A program made the translations under genes and the position numbers. The notes under the pieces are model-generated. The model was not told where the DNA came from. It was given only the letters and a program-made list of their open reading frames with translations, and did not search any database. A DNA stretch of 63,140 nucleotides, the filler included, from Reticulomyxa filosa (lineage: Eukaryota > Protista > Foraminifera): the NCBI GenBank assembly GCA_000512085.1. It is 21 parts of 21 records of this genome, joined end to end, with 100 filler letters (N's around TTAATTAATTAA, not from the genome) between each part and the next. Parts side by side here need not be neighbours in the genome. Positions count along the whole stretch, not along the records: positions 21,727 to 26,905 come from ASPP01012909.1; positions 27,006 to 29,679 come from ASPP01010512.1; positions 29,780 to 33,880 come from ASPP01008974.1; positions 33,981 to 35,608 come from ASPP01016491.1; positions 35,709 to 40,021 come from ASPP01041824.1; 16 more parts are not named here. One strand, written 5' to 3'. Shown here in pieces: positions 21,781 to 35,789 of this stretch; the first letter of the stretch is position 1; the number at the start of each line of letters is the position of its first letter.

Positions 21781-23490
21781 TGACAATGAAAGAAACAGAA
21801 CAAGAATTAAATCGTGCCATTCATGGACAATTGAAAAAGCTCGAAAAAAAAGAAAACAAATATTACGAAATGAAAGACCAATTGCAAGATTCGCTGCGAG
21901 ATGTTTTTAAAAAAAATAAAGAAATTCAAAAGCTACAACAAGTTATATTTATGTATATATAAACATATATTGTGGTGTACACATGTGTATGTACGTATAC
22001 TACGAGCAATCAACAAAGTGAAGAAACTAATTGTTATGTGTGAATTCACTTTGACTAACCCAAAGAAATACAACACGTTGGAGATGCAACACTTGGCTCT
22101 TCGCGAAGTGATGGCTTTCAAAGAGAGTGACGACACAGAGTCGGAAGCAATAAGAAATGAATTGAGCACCAAACCCACAAATGAGGTTATTATTTTTTAT
22201 AATTTTTTTTTTTAAGTTTTTTTAAACTTTGCAAACGCTTGAAAGGACTGTGAGGTTGAGTTTGTAATTTTAGCAAATGGCCCATTTGAAACAAACTTGC
22301 GAGTGGATCAAGCGCGAGTACAAAATGCTGAAAACTTGCAAAGACAATGAGGCAACTCGACACATCGCCGAACTGCAGAAATATGTAGAAAAGGTGAGCG
22401 AGAGCGAAACCAAAACCCAATTGGTAAAAGACGATCTGGACAAGTACAAGGGACAAGCTAAACAAGTTAAAGAGGCATACAAACGGGTCAAACAAGTCAA
22501 TCGATCTTTGCTCGACAAATTGTCGCAAATAAATCGCGTCGCGGATACAGGTACAAGTCTTATTAACAATATATCAAGCGTACAGCCGCAAGATATTCCT
22601 CAAAAAGATGTCCGTCCTGCCTTTGGGCATGAACAAACTTTGTCGACCGTCTCTTCTGCTTCTTCTTCCTCTAAAGAAAAGGCAAGTCTTAGCAATCAAA
22701 CCAATGAAGAGGTACGTTGCAATGTTTAATTTTAATGTACCCCCCCCCCCCTCGATTTCAATCGGTTTTTTTTTACAACGTACCCCTTTTTTTTGGGGGA
22801 AGAAACAAATGATAAAAAAGTAATGTGTTTTAAATCATTGAATTAGGGGACAAGCACTCAAATACCAGTGGTGCCCAGGAAGGAAAAAGTAGCTGTATTA
22901 AATGCTCGTAATAATATTACTGGCATTGGCGATATTGCGAGAAATGGAAGAAAAAGAGTTGAGTTAAAAATCCTTTTTTTACTTTAATGTTTGATTTGCT
23001 TATATATTTATGTGCTTGACTTAGACTCATTCACAAATGGTTATTTATGACGGCAAAGGTGGAGAAGAACATTTCTATGGCTTTGGGAGTTTTAGTGATG
23101 TTTATAATCGTCAGAAAAACGCAAGCAATTCACTGGGGTCAAAGTTGTTAGATATGCCGTATAAACGTACTAAAACAATTAGCGAACCTTTGGCAAATAC
23201 TTTAGGTAATAATGCTACTGCATTTCGATCCGATTTAACAAGCAAGAGCCAGCCAATGCATAAATATGGCTCACTACCGAGCAAGACGGCCAAAGAAAAA
23301 AAAAAAGCGCAAGCAAAACCTCCTGAGAAAGTGCACAACACAATTACACACTATTTTAGCAAATAAATAGCAACTACGGACTTGTGTCTTTTTTTTTTCG
23401 CACGTCTTTAATTATTTAATTTTTTTTTTAAATGATGGAGAAAGAACTGCTGATTCAATTGAAGAAGATAAAAAAAAATTGTTTTGATGT
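21781..23490 (+). CDS. Multi-exon coiled-coil protein, C-terminal part; function unknown
   Basis: Co-oriented heptad-rich ORFs 21780-21962, 21901-22215, 22277-22729 and 23037-23366 separated by GT-AG introns. Confidence 0.55.
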
Positions 23491-23661
23491 TTGACCATTT
23501 CCCTGTTCTTTTCTGCTTCAAAAGAAATTTTCTTTTTGTACTTGATCTCTTGGCGTCGAAAGATTTTCTTTAAAAAAATTGAGAGTTACAAGTATTGGAA
23601 ATGAAAAATGTAAAGGGTAATTAATGACTCTTTTTTTTGAAAAATATTGGTCTGTTTAATT

Positions 23662-25558
23662 TCACTTTTTTTTGGATGCAATTTCGGACATGAGACAGGG
23701 GTATTTGTATTTTTTAAACATCTCGACCAATTTGCTGGGCCACTTGCCGTCGACACTGTGTACAAAGTGAAGCCCAAATTCATAGTTATTTCGAATGACA
23801 TTTTTCAACAGACTTGCAACATTTAGATCTTCTAACAATCGGAAAACGTTTTCGTTGGACTGAATCATGACAGAATCTACAAATTCACTAATAAAATATT
23901 GTTGCAAACATTGAATGGGTTGTGAATAATCTTTGTCCACATTTAACAAGAGTCGATGACAATGATTTCGAATATATTCAGACAATGTATCACTAATCTT
24001 GAAATTTAATTGAACACTGTATTTAATGGCGCGGAGTATTCGAATGGGAGAAGCCTTAATCAACACGTCCATGTCACATTGTGGATTAACTTGGATTAGT
24101 TGATCTTTACAGCAATCACGGATTCCATATGTTGTCAAATCAATGATATGTTTCGTGTTCCATTGAACAGAGTTTTCAATGTCAGCCAAACGCATTAATA
24201 AAGTATTAATGGTAAAATCTCGATGGAGTATATCCTGTTGCAATGTAACTTCATGACACTTCATCAAAAATTGCATGGGTTGTGGCTTAATATTGCAACG
24301 TAGTGGATCTTCGATATACGTCCATGACGAATTTTGCTTGTAGTTTTGATTTAGAGGAGACATCTTATGAATACTAGTATCCACAATGTCAATTTTCAAT
24401 CCATTCAATTTTATTTTTTTTCCGTTGATATATAAGTCTTTCAATAGCTTCATTCGAACAGCGTCATAATTGTCACGAAAGACTCCAATCTCATAATTCT
24501 TTTCATTTTCATTGGTGACCATTGTTACTATAATGTAGGCAATAAAATCGGCATTGAACACATTGATATCACGACAAGCTGTGTACATCTTTGTTTTTTC
24601 ATTGCCATTCAACTCCATTTTAATTTTGTCCACTGTTTTCCTGGCTCCAACTAGCCGAAGGTATTGGCTCCAAACTTGGGCATATCTCTGCCAATACAAG
24701 CACTGCTCACTCTCCTTATTACTTGGCAATGGTGCAGACATTGCTCCATGGAATATCGAGTATAGCATTGGATATTGCGACACATATCTCACATATTCAG
24801 AAAATCGAACAATTTTGTAGGAATGGTTTTCCGTTTTTATAACATTGATCGATTGAAAACAAAGAGATGATACCAACAATGTATCACTTTTAAGCACAAG
24901 TATTTCGTTTTCAAAACCCGACGTTTCACTTTCAATCAGCAACGTGATCGTAGTGTCTGTCAAAATTTGCAAACTTTGGAGGGAGTGCTTTACGGATACG
25001 TACGAGGAGTCCTCCCATTTCAACATGCGTTGGTTTGTATACACAACGGCCTTATGATTTATCGACAATGCAACAAAAAGACACGTTTCGTTTGTGTTCA
25101 GTTCGAACATCCATTCTAATTGATTTGAAGAATATGACAGATTTTTTGTGAGTGCACCAAAGATGGAGGGAGCCAAAAATTAGAAAAGTTAATACAGCCT
25201 CAAAAAAATGCATACTGTTTCGATATTACCTTTTTGGAGAGATGGCATTTGTTTTTGGCTACTCATATGTGAGTGATGTGCTCTCAAATGCTCCAGTTGC
25301 CTCTTTGATAAGACTTCTGTATCCACGACAAGATCTAAGTCAATTATTGGTTTGTTTAACAAAAAATTACGAATGGCTCCGCCGACAATGTATACATTGG
25401 ACAACAATAATGATATCAATCTGTTTTGGGTGTCGCTTTCGTAAGGACAGCGATGCTTATTTTCCACATATGATGCAATTGTATTTCGTAGCCAATAGCT
25501 TCCCTCTATGGCCAATCTGTTTGGGTTAGAAGTTTCGGAATTAGATAGCGTGGTCATA
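23662..25558 (-). CDS. Divergent class II nucleotidyltransferase (CCA-adding enzyme / poly(A) polymerase family) with large insertion
   Basis: Motif A VYIVGGAIRNFLLNKPIIDLDLVV, motif C-like IDIVD, motif D QQDILHRDFTINTL, IIDLTTYGIRD, motif E SPIRILRAIKY. Confidence 0.8.
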
Positions 25559-26137
25559 TCTTGCAAAATAAAAAAAAAGGGAATTCGCTAACACAAACAG
25601 AACTTTCTGAAAAGTAACGTCAAAGGAGGGTGTATTTAAAGAAAAAATTAAGTGTTGACCGAACTTACTTTTGCACAGCAGGTCCATTTGCACAATGTAC
25701 TTCAGTTGAAACAAAAGGAAATTATAGTATAACTCATCCAATCTTTTCATACACAAGCACATTTGCAACATTAACAAAAAAAGATAACTTCTAAGTGACA
25801 AGCAAATACAAAATAAAGAATCGGGTGATATTATTCAACTTTGTCACATAGGACTTAGTAACAACATTTGAAGAAAGCAAAGATTTCAACTTCCATTTGA
25901 GCAAACGTGTTTAAAGATTTGAAACAAAACATTGTGTTCCTGTCATTCGCTGACAGTGCAAACAGTGCAGCGTGCACACAAGAGCACGATAGAAGTCAAT
26001 AAGAAGTCGGTACATCCCTCCAAGCAAGAGCAGGGAGAATTTTTTTTTTTTTTTTAAAAAAGAAATTTTATTTTTAATATTTGAGCAGGAAAAAAAGGAA
26101 GATTTTTGTCGTTGGATACAAGTCGCAGAAAATGTTG

Positions 26138-26850
26138 CTAACTTTGAAGATTGGCTTTTAACTCATTTACCCAAGGTTCTTTGTCGTCGATCAATATCTG
26201 ATAACTTCGGCTTTGGGTTGTCTTCAAGAATGCCTTCAAAAAGTACTGTTCTTTGGCCCCTTCGGGTTTTAAGTCATCTCTCAACTGTTGAATAAGCGAT
26301 CTGTCATCCAACATAAAAGTTAAGCAAACTAAATAAATAAATAAATAAATAAATATACATACATACATATTATGTATTTATTTATTTATTTAAAAAACTA
26401 CAAAACTTAAGATTTTCAAATATTTTCTCTTCGCCAAAGGACACCTTTCCTAAAGTGGCCATGATATCTCTTTGTTCATTGAGTTTGACCATGACAGGCC
26501 CTCGTTTTGCCTCTCGAATGGCCTTGATGGGGTCTTCGGTGAGAGTACCCATCTTTGGGTTCGGTATCAGTCCGAGAGGCCCCAGTTGTTTGCCGACTAG
26601 GATCAGTTTGCGCATTTGGTCGGGCGTGGCGATGCACACTTGAAATGTGGGCTTCACGCCGCTCTCAATGGCTTTCAGCAAAGCATCGTCTCCGAGTATG
26701 TCGGCCCCTGCTGCCTTCGCTTCTGCGCGCATTTCATGCGGCACAAACGCCGCAACCACATATTTCTTGCCCGTCCCGTGGGGCAGCACCACATTGCCGC
26801 GGATGTTCTCGTTCATTTTGCGGGGGTCCAAGTTCATCCGAATCACAATC
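26138..26850 (-). CDS. MRPL1: Bacterial-type ribosomal protein uL1, nuclear-encoded mitochondrial form, partial
   Basis: NLDPRK..NIRGNVVLPHGTGK, AKAAGAD, IATPD, LGPLGLIPNPKMGT; interrupted by a spliceosomal intron (~26300-26400). Confidence 0.85.
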
Positions 26851-27005
26851 TATTTCGACATTTTTTTTTTTAAAAAAAAACACACAAACTTTTTATCACC
26901 CTTTCNNNNNNNNNNNNNNNNNNNNNNNNNNNNNNNNNNNNNNNNNNNNTTAATTAATTAANNNNNNNNNNNNNNNNNNNNNNNNNNNNNNNNNNNNNNN
27001 NNNNN

Positions 27006-28042
27006 ATAATTGTTGTTGTTGTTGTGATCGCTGACGTAGACGCACGTACGATTGTGAGAGGGACTGCGGACAAGACAAATTGGTTCGTGACGAAGAGATG
27101 TGGGAACATTGAATTTGCTTTGCAATGGTCTTATGCAGACTCAACAACAAATAGCTTGTGTCCATCACAAACTCGGTCATCTCTTCAAACATCAATCTCA
27201 GATTCTTTGCTGACTTGCCATCCTGACGGTCCTGCTTCACCAAGTGCAAGTACTCCCACTTTTCCAGCACTTGTGACAACAATATGCGCTGCATCAGCTC
27301 CATTGACAATGTCACGTTGTCCACAGACTTTGCACTGTTGCTACTATTGCTATTCGTCTCGTACACTATCACCCAGTCCATGCTGTTCCGCCATTGTTGC
27401 TTCGATTGCAACGCTCGACAAAATGACGATGCAAACCACAACTCGCTTGACGCTGAAGACAATGGCTTCCACAACTCAGGGAATTTGTATCCTTGTTTGG
27501 AAAACCATTGCTTCATTTCCTCTCGCTTTGTGGACATTTTCATATCAAATGTTTCATTTGCTTTTTTTTTTTCCCCCCCCCCCCCATTCACAAACGCAAT
27601 TTCGCAATTTTTTTCTCTTTTCCTTCCTTATAACAAAACAAAACAAAAACTAACAATAAAAATCAAAATACGCCGATACTTTTATCTCATTCTTCAATAA
27701 TTTTTCAGACGTATATGCTGACATATTCAAATTGAACAGACTCTCTTTTTGCATTCCCAACTTCAGAGAGGTCCAATTGAATGGCTGGTCACGTCTTCTC
27801 ATTGTGTCTCGGACTGTTCCTTGAAAGAAGAATGGAGGTTTAATTTCAGTTCCTCCCTCCCACTGCAATATCCAAACCGTGAACAAACATATTATTATTA
27901 CAAATATTGTGATAAATCTTTTGCCGTAATAGTTGCATTTAATCCATGTAATTTTGTTCTTGCAAAGTTGTAATGACGAGTCGTCTACTAGCATGCGTCT
28001 CATAAAAGATTCTCTTTTCCCCCTCTTAAACGCGAGATACAT
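27006..28042 (-). CDS. Putative type-II membrane protein (possible glycosyltransferase-like luminal domain), partial
   Basis: Single N-terminal TM RFITIFVIIICLFTVWILQW followed by spliced exon 27006-27560. No diagnostic motif recognised. Confidence 0.4.
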
Positions 28043-28427
28043 TGATTCTTGTTTTAAGTGAAATTCCAAGAAAGATCAGAATAAAAAATATGTGCATTGT
28101 AGGCATATTTTTTTTTGTTCCATATAAACGATAATAACTGAAGTAAAAGTACTTTTCTTGGGATGTTTGAAAGTTTCCCTCCTTAAAAGATCGAATGATT
28201 TACACGTAATTTAACAAAGTTTCCAAATCAAAAATGAAAGTAGTCAAACAGTTGGCATAAAAGTCGTGTAAAGCGATAAGTTTGAACAAAAAAAGTTGCG
28301 TGTTGCGTTTTTTTTTTGGCAAAAAAAAAAAGACCTCGACAGCAGTCACAAAATCGATGAAAACAGCAAAGTGTTGGAGATAGACACTTTACATTACATT
28401 TTTTACAGACGTGCAATGTTCAGGAAA

Positions 28428-29660
28428 TTAATACATGGCATCAACATCAGTATTTTCAGACTCTGTTTCCTCCATGACAGGAGTACTGGGTTTGGCCATT
28501 TGTTTTCTTTCTTCCACACGTCGACTCAATTCATCCCGAAGCACGGCTTATCCAATACATTTATATAAAAAAAAAAAAAGAAAAAGATAAACAAATGAAC
28601 AAATATATGTTTACAAGAGAGAAGGAGATAGGAGGGGGGGAAAAAAAAAAAGATCTAACCAATGACATCTCTGCATCGGACATTGGAATCAGCACCACTG
28701 CTCAATAAGAACAAAGCACTAGGAGCACACAGACGGTGATCGAACGACACTTTGGACAAGGAAACGTCCAAGACTTCTTCTCCGAAATGTGCTGACTTAA
28801 TTCTTGCCAGCAGTTGCAAAGATAAAGGACGTTGCAAGATAGGATTGAATGAGGACAAAGACGACAAGAAATCCAAATGCCAAAGCAAAATTGTGCCGTC
28901 TTTACAGCCGCTCACTAAGTAAGTGCCTCGAATGGAAAGCGAGGTGACTTCGTAGGACTTGTCATGTTCCCACGTAGTTCCACACAGCGAATAATAAAAA
29001 TCGCATGCATGGATATTGTACACGCGTTTGCGCTCTTGAAAGCGTTTCAGTTGGTCGCGCTGTTCAGTCAACGACGACGCAAAGTACTGCTTTTTCCACA
29101 CGCTAATGCCACCACGACCTTCGCCTGCAATTATGTACTCATTATCTTCCGTCCAGCTCAACGCCGTGATTGAATCTGCTTTTTGCAAGCCATCTAAGAT
29201 AAACGTCGGCACATATATAATACATTATACATATATACATGTACATATATATACATATATGTATATATATACATGCATGTGTATATATATATATGTATAT
29301 ATGTATACGTATAAATGTATGTACACAAATAACAAACAAACAAACAAACAAACAAACAAACATATGTTTGATGATTTCAATTGATTCCATTTACAAACAT
29401 CAAACTGTGATGATACCGTCAACACCCAACAGACTCTCTTTGCTGTTGGAATAGTAGTTCTCCCATATGGCAGGACCCAAGGGCGTGTCTCAGCCTTGTT
29501 GGCATTGCTTCCACTCTCTTGAACAAGCTCGTCCTTCTTCGTATTTGCATCTTTTTCTTCAATGTGTTCCTCCTTGGTCTTATTCTCTTCATTTAGCGTT
29601 TGATCCAGCTCCTTCAGCCAATCACGCTTTCGGTCTTTGTATTTGTCGTCGTCCGTTGTT
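28428..29660 (-). CDS. WD40-repeat protein, C-terminal exons (not the expanded family)
   Basis: ITALSWTEDNEYIIAGEGRGGISVW, VTSLSIRGTYLVSGCKDGTILLW, LLSSGADSNVR; last exon ends ...TDVDAMY*. Confidence 0.75.
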
Positions 29661-29837
29661 TTCTTTTTTTTTTTTTTTTNNNNNNNNNNNNNNNNNNNNN
29701 NNNNNNNNNNNNNNNNNNNNNNNTTAATTAATTAANNNNNNNNNNNNNNNNNNNNNNNNNNNNNNNNNNNNNNNNNNNNTTTTTTTTTTTTGCATGTTGG
29801 TATGTGTAAATATGTAACAATAAATCGATGCTTTTTG

Positions 29838-32104
29838 GGGTTGGTCACAGATGAAATGGAACATGACATGCAAGAAGACGACCAAATCCAACCGTTGGTC
29901 GCCTTTGGCGTGAATGGGGAAGACGAAGAGGAATACACAATGATGATCGACCCCAATGAGTCGCAACTGGACGAACGCGAGCGGATGGTCGGCTTGAACA
30001 CCAATAGCAAGCAGCCCACTGTCGACAATGCGTTTAATATCAGCAATTGCAATAACATTTATCCAAGTCCCATTCGCGATGCAAATGAAAGTACGAATAG
30101 GAATAATACGAAGAGTACAAATACAAATACGAATAGTGAGAATAATAATAAAAAAAAAAGTCAATCGAAAATAGACTATACAAATCGCAGTTCGAAAAAT
30201 AGAGAGGAGACAAGTGAAAACAACATCTTGGAAATCATCAACTTTGCAATCAAAGAGGCAAGTGAATCCAAACATGCCACATACAAAATCAAAAGTGGTA
30301 ACCAATTGATGACCAAAAAAAACATTCAACACGAATTGCATCACTTGGAAAGTCAACTTACTGATCAACAAAAAAAATGCACTTTTTGGATCAAAAGGTA
30401 ATTTTTTTTTTTTTTTGTATGTATTCATTGATTTATTGCAAACAAGTTTTTGTTTGTGTTTTGAAATAGTATCAGTTCTATCAACAAGTCAAAGAAATTA
30501 CTGATGCGTATTTAAATTGTTTAGAAAATAAAGCTTCCATTATCGAGGTCTTTTTTTTTTTTTTTCCCTCCCTTCCCCTGTCTCATAAACGGAATAATAT
30601 ATCTTGCATGTGCGTGTTATGTGTATTTGTGTGATGAGGATTACACAATGTTAGAGCATGACATTCGCAAAAAAAGGTACATTGAGTGGCTGGACGAGTG
30701 GCGAAGCTGTGCCTCAGATTTGTATCAACGCGCTTTTCGTCCACAAGAATACTACTGTGATGTACATCAACCCGACACACCTATGACAGATGCAGCCAAT
30801 GATACGCTGCCGGAAACTGCTTCTAACAATAGCAATCCCAAAAAAAGAAGATATGAGGACATGCTCAAAAGTGATGTGATTGTCTCGGAAAACAAACATC
30901 CAAATAGTACCGCTTTTGGTAATGACAAAAGCCAAAATTGGATTGAAATGTCCAGAAAACAAAGGCAACATTTACCCTTGCAGTCCATTATCAATGATAC
31001 TTTACTCACTCAACAGTTCCAATATATTACATATATGTACATTGTATATATTGTCTTGTCGTAATGGTATTTTTTGCAAAATAAACAACAAAACAATGAC
31101 TGGTTAGCGAAACCGTAAAGACAGAAATATCTAAAATATTTGATGATACGGACGAAAAATATGCAAATACCGAATTATTGGTCGAAGTGATGACCGAATG
31201 GCAAAGTCGATATCGCAAAGACTATGAAACAGCCTATGGCTCCACTTGCTTGATCAAAATAGTTGCACATTACATCAAAAAAGAAATGATGGAGTGGTAT
31301 CCACTAAGTCATTATAATTCTTTTCAACATGACCATATTGGTCCCGATCTTTTCGTGCATCACAATTGGTATCGGCTTCTTTCCAGTATTAGCTATTGCC
31401 AAGAGATTATTCCAACTTTAGTCGCAAAAGTTGTTGTTCCGCATTGCAGCGACATTATTGCGTTTGATTGGAATGTCCGACACGAAGAGGCATCGCAAAC
31501 AGTGCTTGCAATACTCGATTGCATTTTTGATCACATTCGCGAAGAGAATACAACTAACGACATTGTAAAGAAAGAATTTGAAGACATGTGGCACACGCAC
31601 ATTGTGGAAACTATTCAGAAAAAATTTACAGAATTGATTGATATCTATACTTTCAACATTTCAAAAAACGACTGGGATTTGCATCCTCAAATGTATTGTG
31701 GTGATGAAAAATACGAATATTTATTCAATGTTCGAGTCTTGGACGTATTACACTTGTTGAAATGCTTGCAATTGTTTGTAAAATTTGTTGGAGAAGAGTA
31801 TTGGAGACAACAATGCAAACAAATATTCACAAAAGTGATAGAGCCATTTTTAGCTATGGTTATAATATTGATTGAGCAGTACCGAAATCAAAGCTTTGAT
31901 TTGGAACTGCAATTGTTACACGACTACGTATTTGTTGTGACCAATACAATCAACTCGACAAAAGAAGTGGTCGAAACAGAAACACACAACACGAGTGTCA
32001 CCGCAGACAACGTTAAAAAATTTAATGAACAAATTAAATCTAAAATCTCTGAATCACAAGTATTCCAGAGCGAATTAGGACAAAGTTTGCTCAAGCAAAT
32101 TTGA
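29838..32104 (+). CDS. GCFC2/PAXBP1-like (GC-rich sequence DNA-binding factor domain) spliceosome-associated protein, partial
   Basis: IFDDTDEKYANTELLVEVMTEWQSRYRKDYETAYGSTCLIKIVAHYIKKEMMEWYPL matches the GCFC-domain pattern F.DV...F......F..W...Y...Y..AY....L......R.....W.PL; IIPTLVAKVVVP..DWN follows. Confidence 0.75.
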
Positions 32105-32360
32105 ACAAACCACTTTTGAATTTTTATTTATTTTTAAAAATGACTACAAAATTTTCATTTTTTTTTTACGACGACACATGAAATGTTGAAAGAGTTTTAT
32201 TTTTTAATATTGGTACTTTCCAGTTTCCCCCCTTCCCCCTCCGCGCATTCTATGCTTTGAAACTTTTCCCAAGACTGCACAGACAAAACTATCGTTTTGG
32301 GTTGGAATAGTCTCAAAAACTAAGAGGAAAAAAGAATCTTTTCATCCAACAAGTTCATCA

Positions 32361-33870
32361 ACTCGACATTGGTAAGATTTTTTCCTCATACCACGATTTT
32401 ACCAACTCCCTTGATTTCAGAGACTCTTCAAGTTCTTTGGTTGCTTGGTATTGTTGTTGACGTGAAAAGTTCAACTGAAAGATGACTTCTGAGGCCTATA
32501 GAAAATACAAAAAAATATTGACGTTTTCACAAAAAAGAAAAAAATATTAAATCAAATCTAAACTTCGCTCCAAGTTGATCTGTGAGCTAGCACTGGGACA
32601 ACAGTGGATGAATTTCTATGTTTATGTGCAGAAGGCTCGTCAGAGGCACTACCTTTGCCTCCGCCATTTTGGTCTTTGTTTTTGTGAGTTTTACTGATTT
32701 TGGACGTGCTCGACTTTTCTTCGCTAGCATCATGTTGATTTTCAGCAGCTTTGGTTTTGTCTTGTTCTGAAGAGTGATTATCTAATGCACTGTGTGCATG
32801 TGTATCGTCTCGACTGTACAATTCTTTTTCTTCATTGGGCGCTAAGGGCACGCCCTCACGATTCAAACGATCAATGGCTCGTTTCATTTCGCTCATGATC
32901 CAGTCAATTTCCCCTTCTTCACGACGTGCCAATTGTTTTTTGTTACTAACATAACGCAGGCTATTATACTTTTGTTCACATTGAGTTCGAATTTTGCTTA
33001 ATTCCATTTCTCTCGGCAAATGGATCTCGCAATAGTAGCGATGGTACAATTCAAATACTTTGGCAACGTTGGCATTTTCATCGACATAATCGATGACACC
33101 ATGCGGGCCATTTTCACTTTTCTGAGTTGGATGTGCGATTCATGTGAGCCACACATGAGAGAGAGAGAGAAAGGAGAGAAAGAGAAACATATATTGTCAC
33201 ATTCAAAACAAAACAAAAACAATTAAATTACAATGACGTTAGGGAAGATATCAATAATAAATTTCGCCATTTCTTCTTCAAACACAGCAGCCTTGGGTAC
33301 AGCCAAATCACTATAGCTTCTTGCTCTTTTTTTCAATTTGTCAGTTTTCTCAGAGCCGTTGGCATCATTGTCATTGTCGTTGTCTTTATCTTTATCTTTG
33401 TCTTTTTTGCTATCGATATTCTTGTCTTTGTCGGTATCTTTTTCGTTATCTTTGGATTCATTTTTGAGCACTTGGATTTGTCCTTTTTGCAAAGGTTGTG
33501 AAGACTGTGTGGGCAGTTGCGACTGAGCCGCTTCCAACGACCCCTGTCGTTTCATCATCCCCGGGCCCCCAGCGGAAGATACCGTTTTTCGAGGATGATT
33601 GTGTTGCAACACTTCTTGACACAATTTCAATGCATCTCTTGCTTTGATATATATATCAATGGTTGAGGCAGTCGTCGCATGTTTGCTTCCGGTGCTCCCA
33701 AAGATTTCGACAACGCGTTGTTGCAGCTCATTCGATTTCCGCACTTGCTGTTGCAACACATACAGCGCTTGATTCAAGTGTCCCAACTCGTCACGGAACG
33801 ACGTTTCTTGCGTGTTCATCTCATCCTGCTTCGTGCGCAGTTTACGATGTTTCTCTGCCATTTCATCTCG
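32361..33870 (-). CDS. Multi-exon coiled-coil/low-complexity protein; function unknown
   Basis: ORFs 33223-33861 and 32558-33049 plus a last exon near 32361-32495 have plausible splice sites and a DK/DN repeat tract. Confidence 0.5.
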
Positions 33871-34720
33871 TAATTCAATTNNNNNNNNNNNNNNNNNNNN
33901 NNNNNNNNNNNNNNNNNNNNNNNNTTAATTAATTAANNNNNNNNNNNNNNNNNNNNNNNNNNNNNNNNNNNNNNNNNNNNTTTTTTTTTTTGATGTGTCG
34001 TCATTTTCTGTTCGATGAATATTTCAGTAAAAAAAAAACAGATGAACACATTAAACAAAACTGGGGTAAGAAAAAAAGAGAAAGATAGAGAAGAAAAAAA
34101 AAAAAAAGACTGTTTCAAATGAACGACTTTATAGCTTCTTTTGTTTGTTTTTTATACTAGTAAACATGTTAACATACGCGTTGTGTCCATTTTTCTCAAT
34201 GTTTTTTTTACTTTCATTTTTCAAAACTAACTTTGAAAGAATTTTTTTAATTAATTTGTATTGTTTGAGAGAGAGATGAAAAAAAAAAGAAACAAAAGGA
34301 GGAGACGAAGGGATAGAACAGGAGAAAGATGGATGGAGAGAAAAAGGGAAAAAAGAAGAAGGAGTAGTAGGGAAAATACAAGTGGGACTGATGATTTGAT
34401 TACTGAAGAAAAAATTTACTCGTTCCTCGCTTTATTGTAACGAATGAATTAACTATCCACACTTTTCTTTTTGTTCGCTTGTTATTTTAAACCTTTGCCT
34501 TGTCTTTTTTTAAATTTCTTGTCATCTGTTAGTCGTTCAACTTCTCACCCTTTTCTAATAAAACTACTAGCATTTTTAAAGTGGGTCTTACATTATCTTT
34601 TCTCTCACAAAAATTTTTTTAAAAAAAAGACCAGCAAATGGGTCTGTTACTGTTTTTTGACGGGTTTTTTTTTTTTTAGAAAAAAAATTCAGCATCTTAT
34701 AATTCTAATAGATATTAAAA

Positions 34721-35600
34721 ATGCCAAAGGCAACGGTGAGATTGAACAATAAGAAAAAAGTAGTTGAATTGAAAAAGTTGACAGTTCGGGAATTACAAGA
34801 ACGAATTACGACAGCGTTTGCGAGTGAAGTGGACGCTTCTGCTTTTACGATACAAATAAAAGATAAAGATGATTGCGACATTGAGACGGACGAGGCAGTG
34901 CAAGAAGCATTTGAAGATGAACTGACCGTATTTTTTGTCAATTTAGTGAAAAGTGAGTTTGCGTGTGTTGAGTGGAGTGAGCGACGTGAAACAGTCAATG
35001 CACATATAAAACAAATGTCAACAAAAAAATTCTGTCTCTATAGAAACGTACACAGAGACAAAATTGGAGCCAGTGGAAAGCAAAGCTATAGAGAAGGACA
35101 AGTCACCTCCTTGTGTCAGTTTGTCAAATCAACATACTAACCACAAACAAATAAACAAAATAAAATAAAAAAAAAAAGTAGGTGTAAACTTGTGTCGGGT
35201 CTAATTTTGTGTACCTTATATGTATATTTTTGTATATGTGTGTGAATATATATGTGGAAATTGAGCCCAAAAAAAAAAAATTGTAATAAAGCTGAATTGC
35301 AAGTAAAAGAATTGTTTTCAGAGTATTGTGTATTAGCATGGAATCATTTGCGACATTTGCACTGTGTGTACTTAGTAATGAACGACAATGCGTTGGTGTG
35401 TCAGACTGCGACCAATACAGTCAAAATCGAACAGTTGAAACCCGAGACCAAATATCAATTTTCCGTGATTGCCACTTATCCCCCACCCTCACAAAACAAA
35501 GAAAAAATGTCACACCAGTCCAATATTGATATTTCAACACTCCGACAGTCCAAAGCAAATCCTTCAGTCACTATTCAAACACCTCCCACTGGTCCTCTTT
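34721..35600 (+). CDS. PB1-like domain + fibronectin type III protein, 5' part
   Basis: MPKATVRL...LTVRELQERI...FTIQIKDKDDCDIETDEAVQEAF (OPCA-like acidic motif); FN3 CVLAW...IEQLKPETKYQFSVIA. Confidence 0.65.
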
Positions 35601-35789
35601 TTTTTTTTNNNNNNNNNNNNNNNNNNNNNNNNNNNNNNNNNNNNNNNNNNNNTTAATTAATTAANNNNNNNNNNNNNNNNNNNNNNNNNNNNNNNNNNNN
35701 NNNNNNNNTGTGTGTGACATTGGGAAATGGATATTGGAGGAGGAGGAGGAGGGAAGGAGGAGGAGGGGGGGAGAAAAAAAAAAAAAAGA

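Noticed and set aside
23662-26850. Bacterial contamination (uL1, CCA/PAP-like genes; also the COG0523 gene)
   Set aside because: All contain GT-AG introns with host-type microsatellites or homopolymers.
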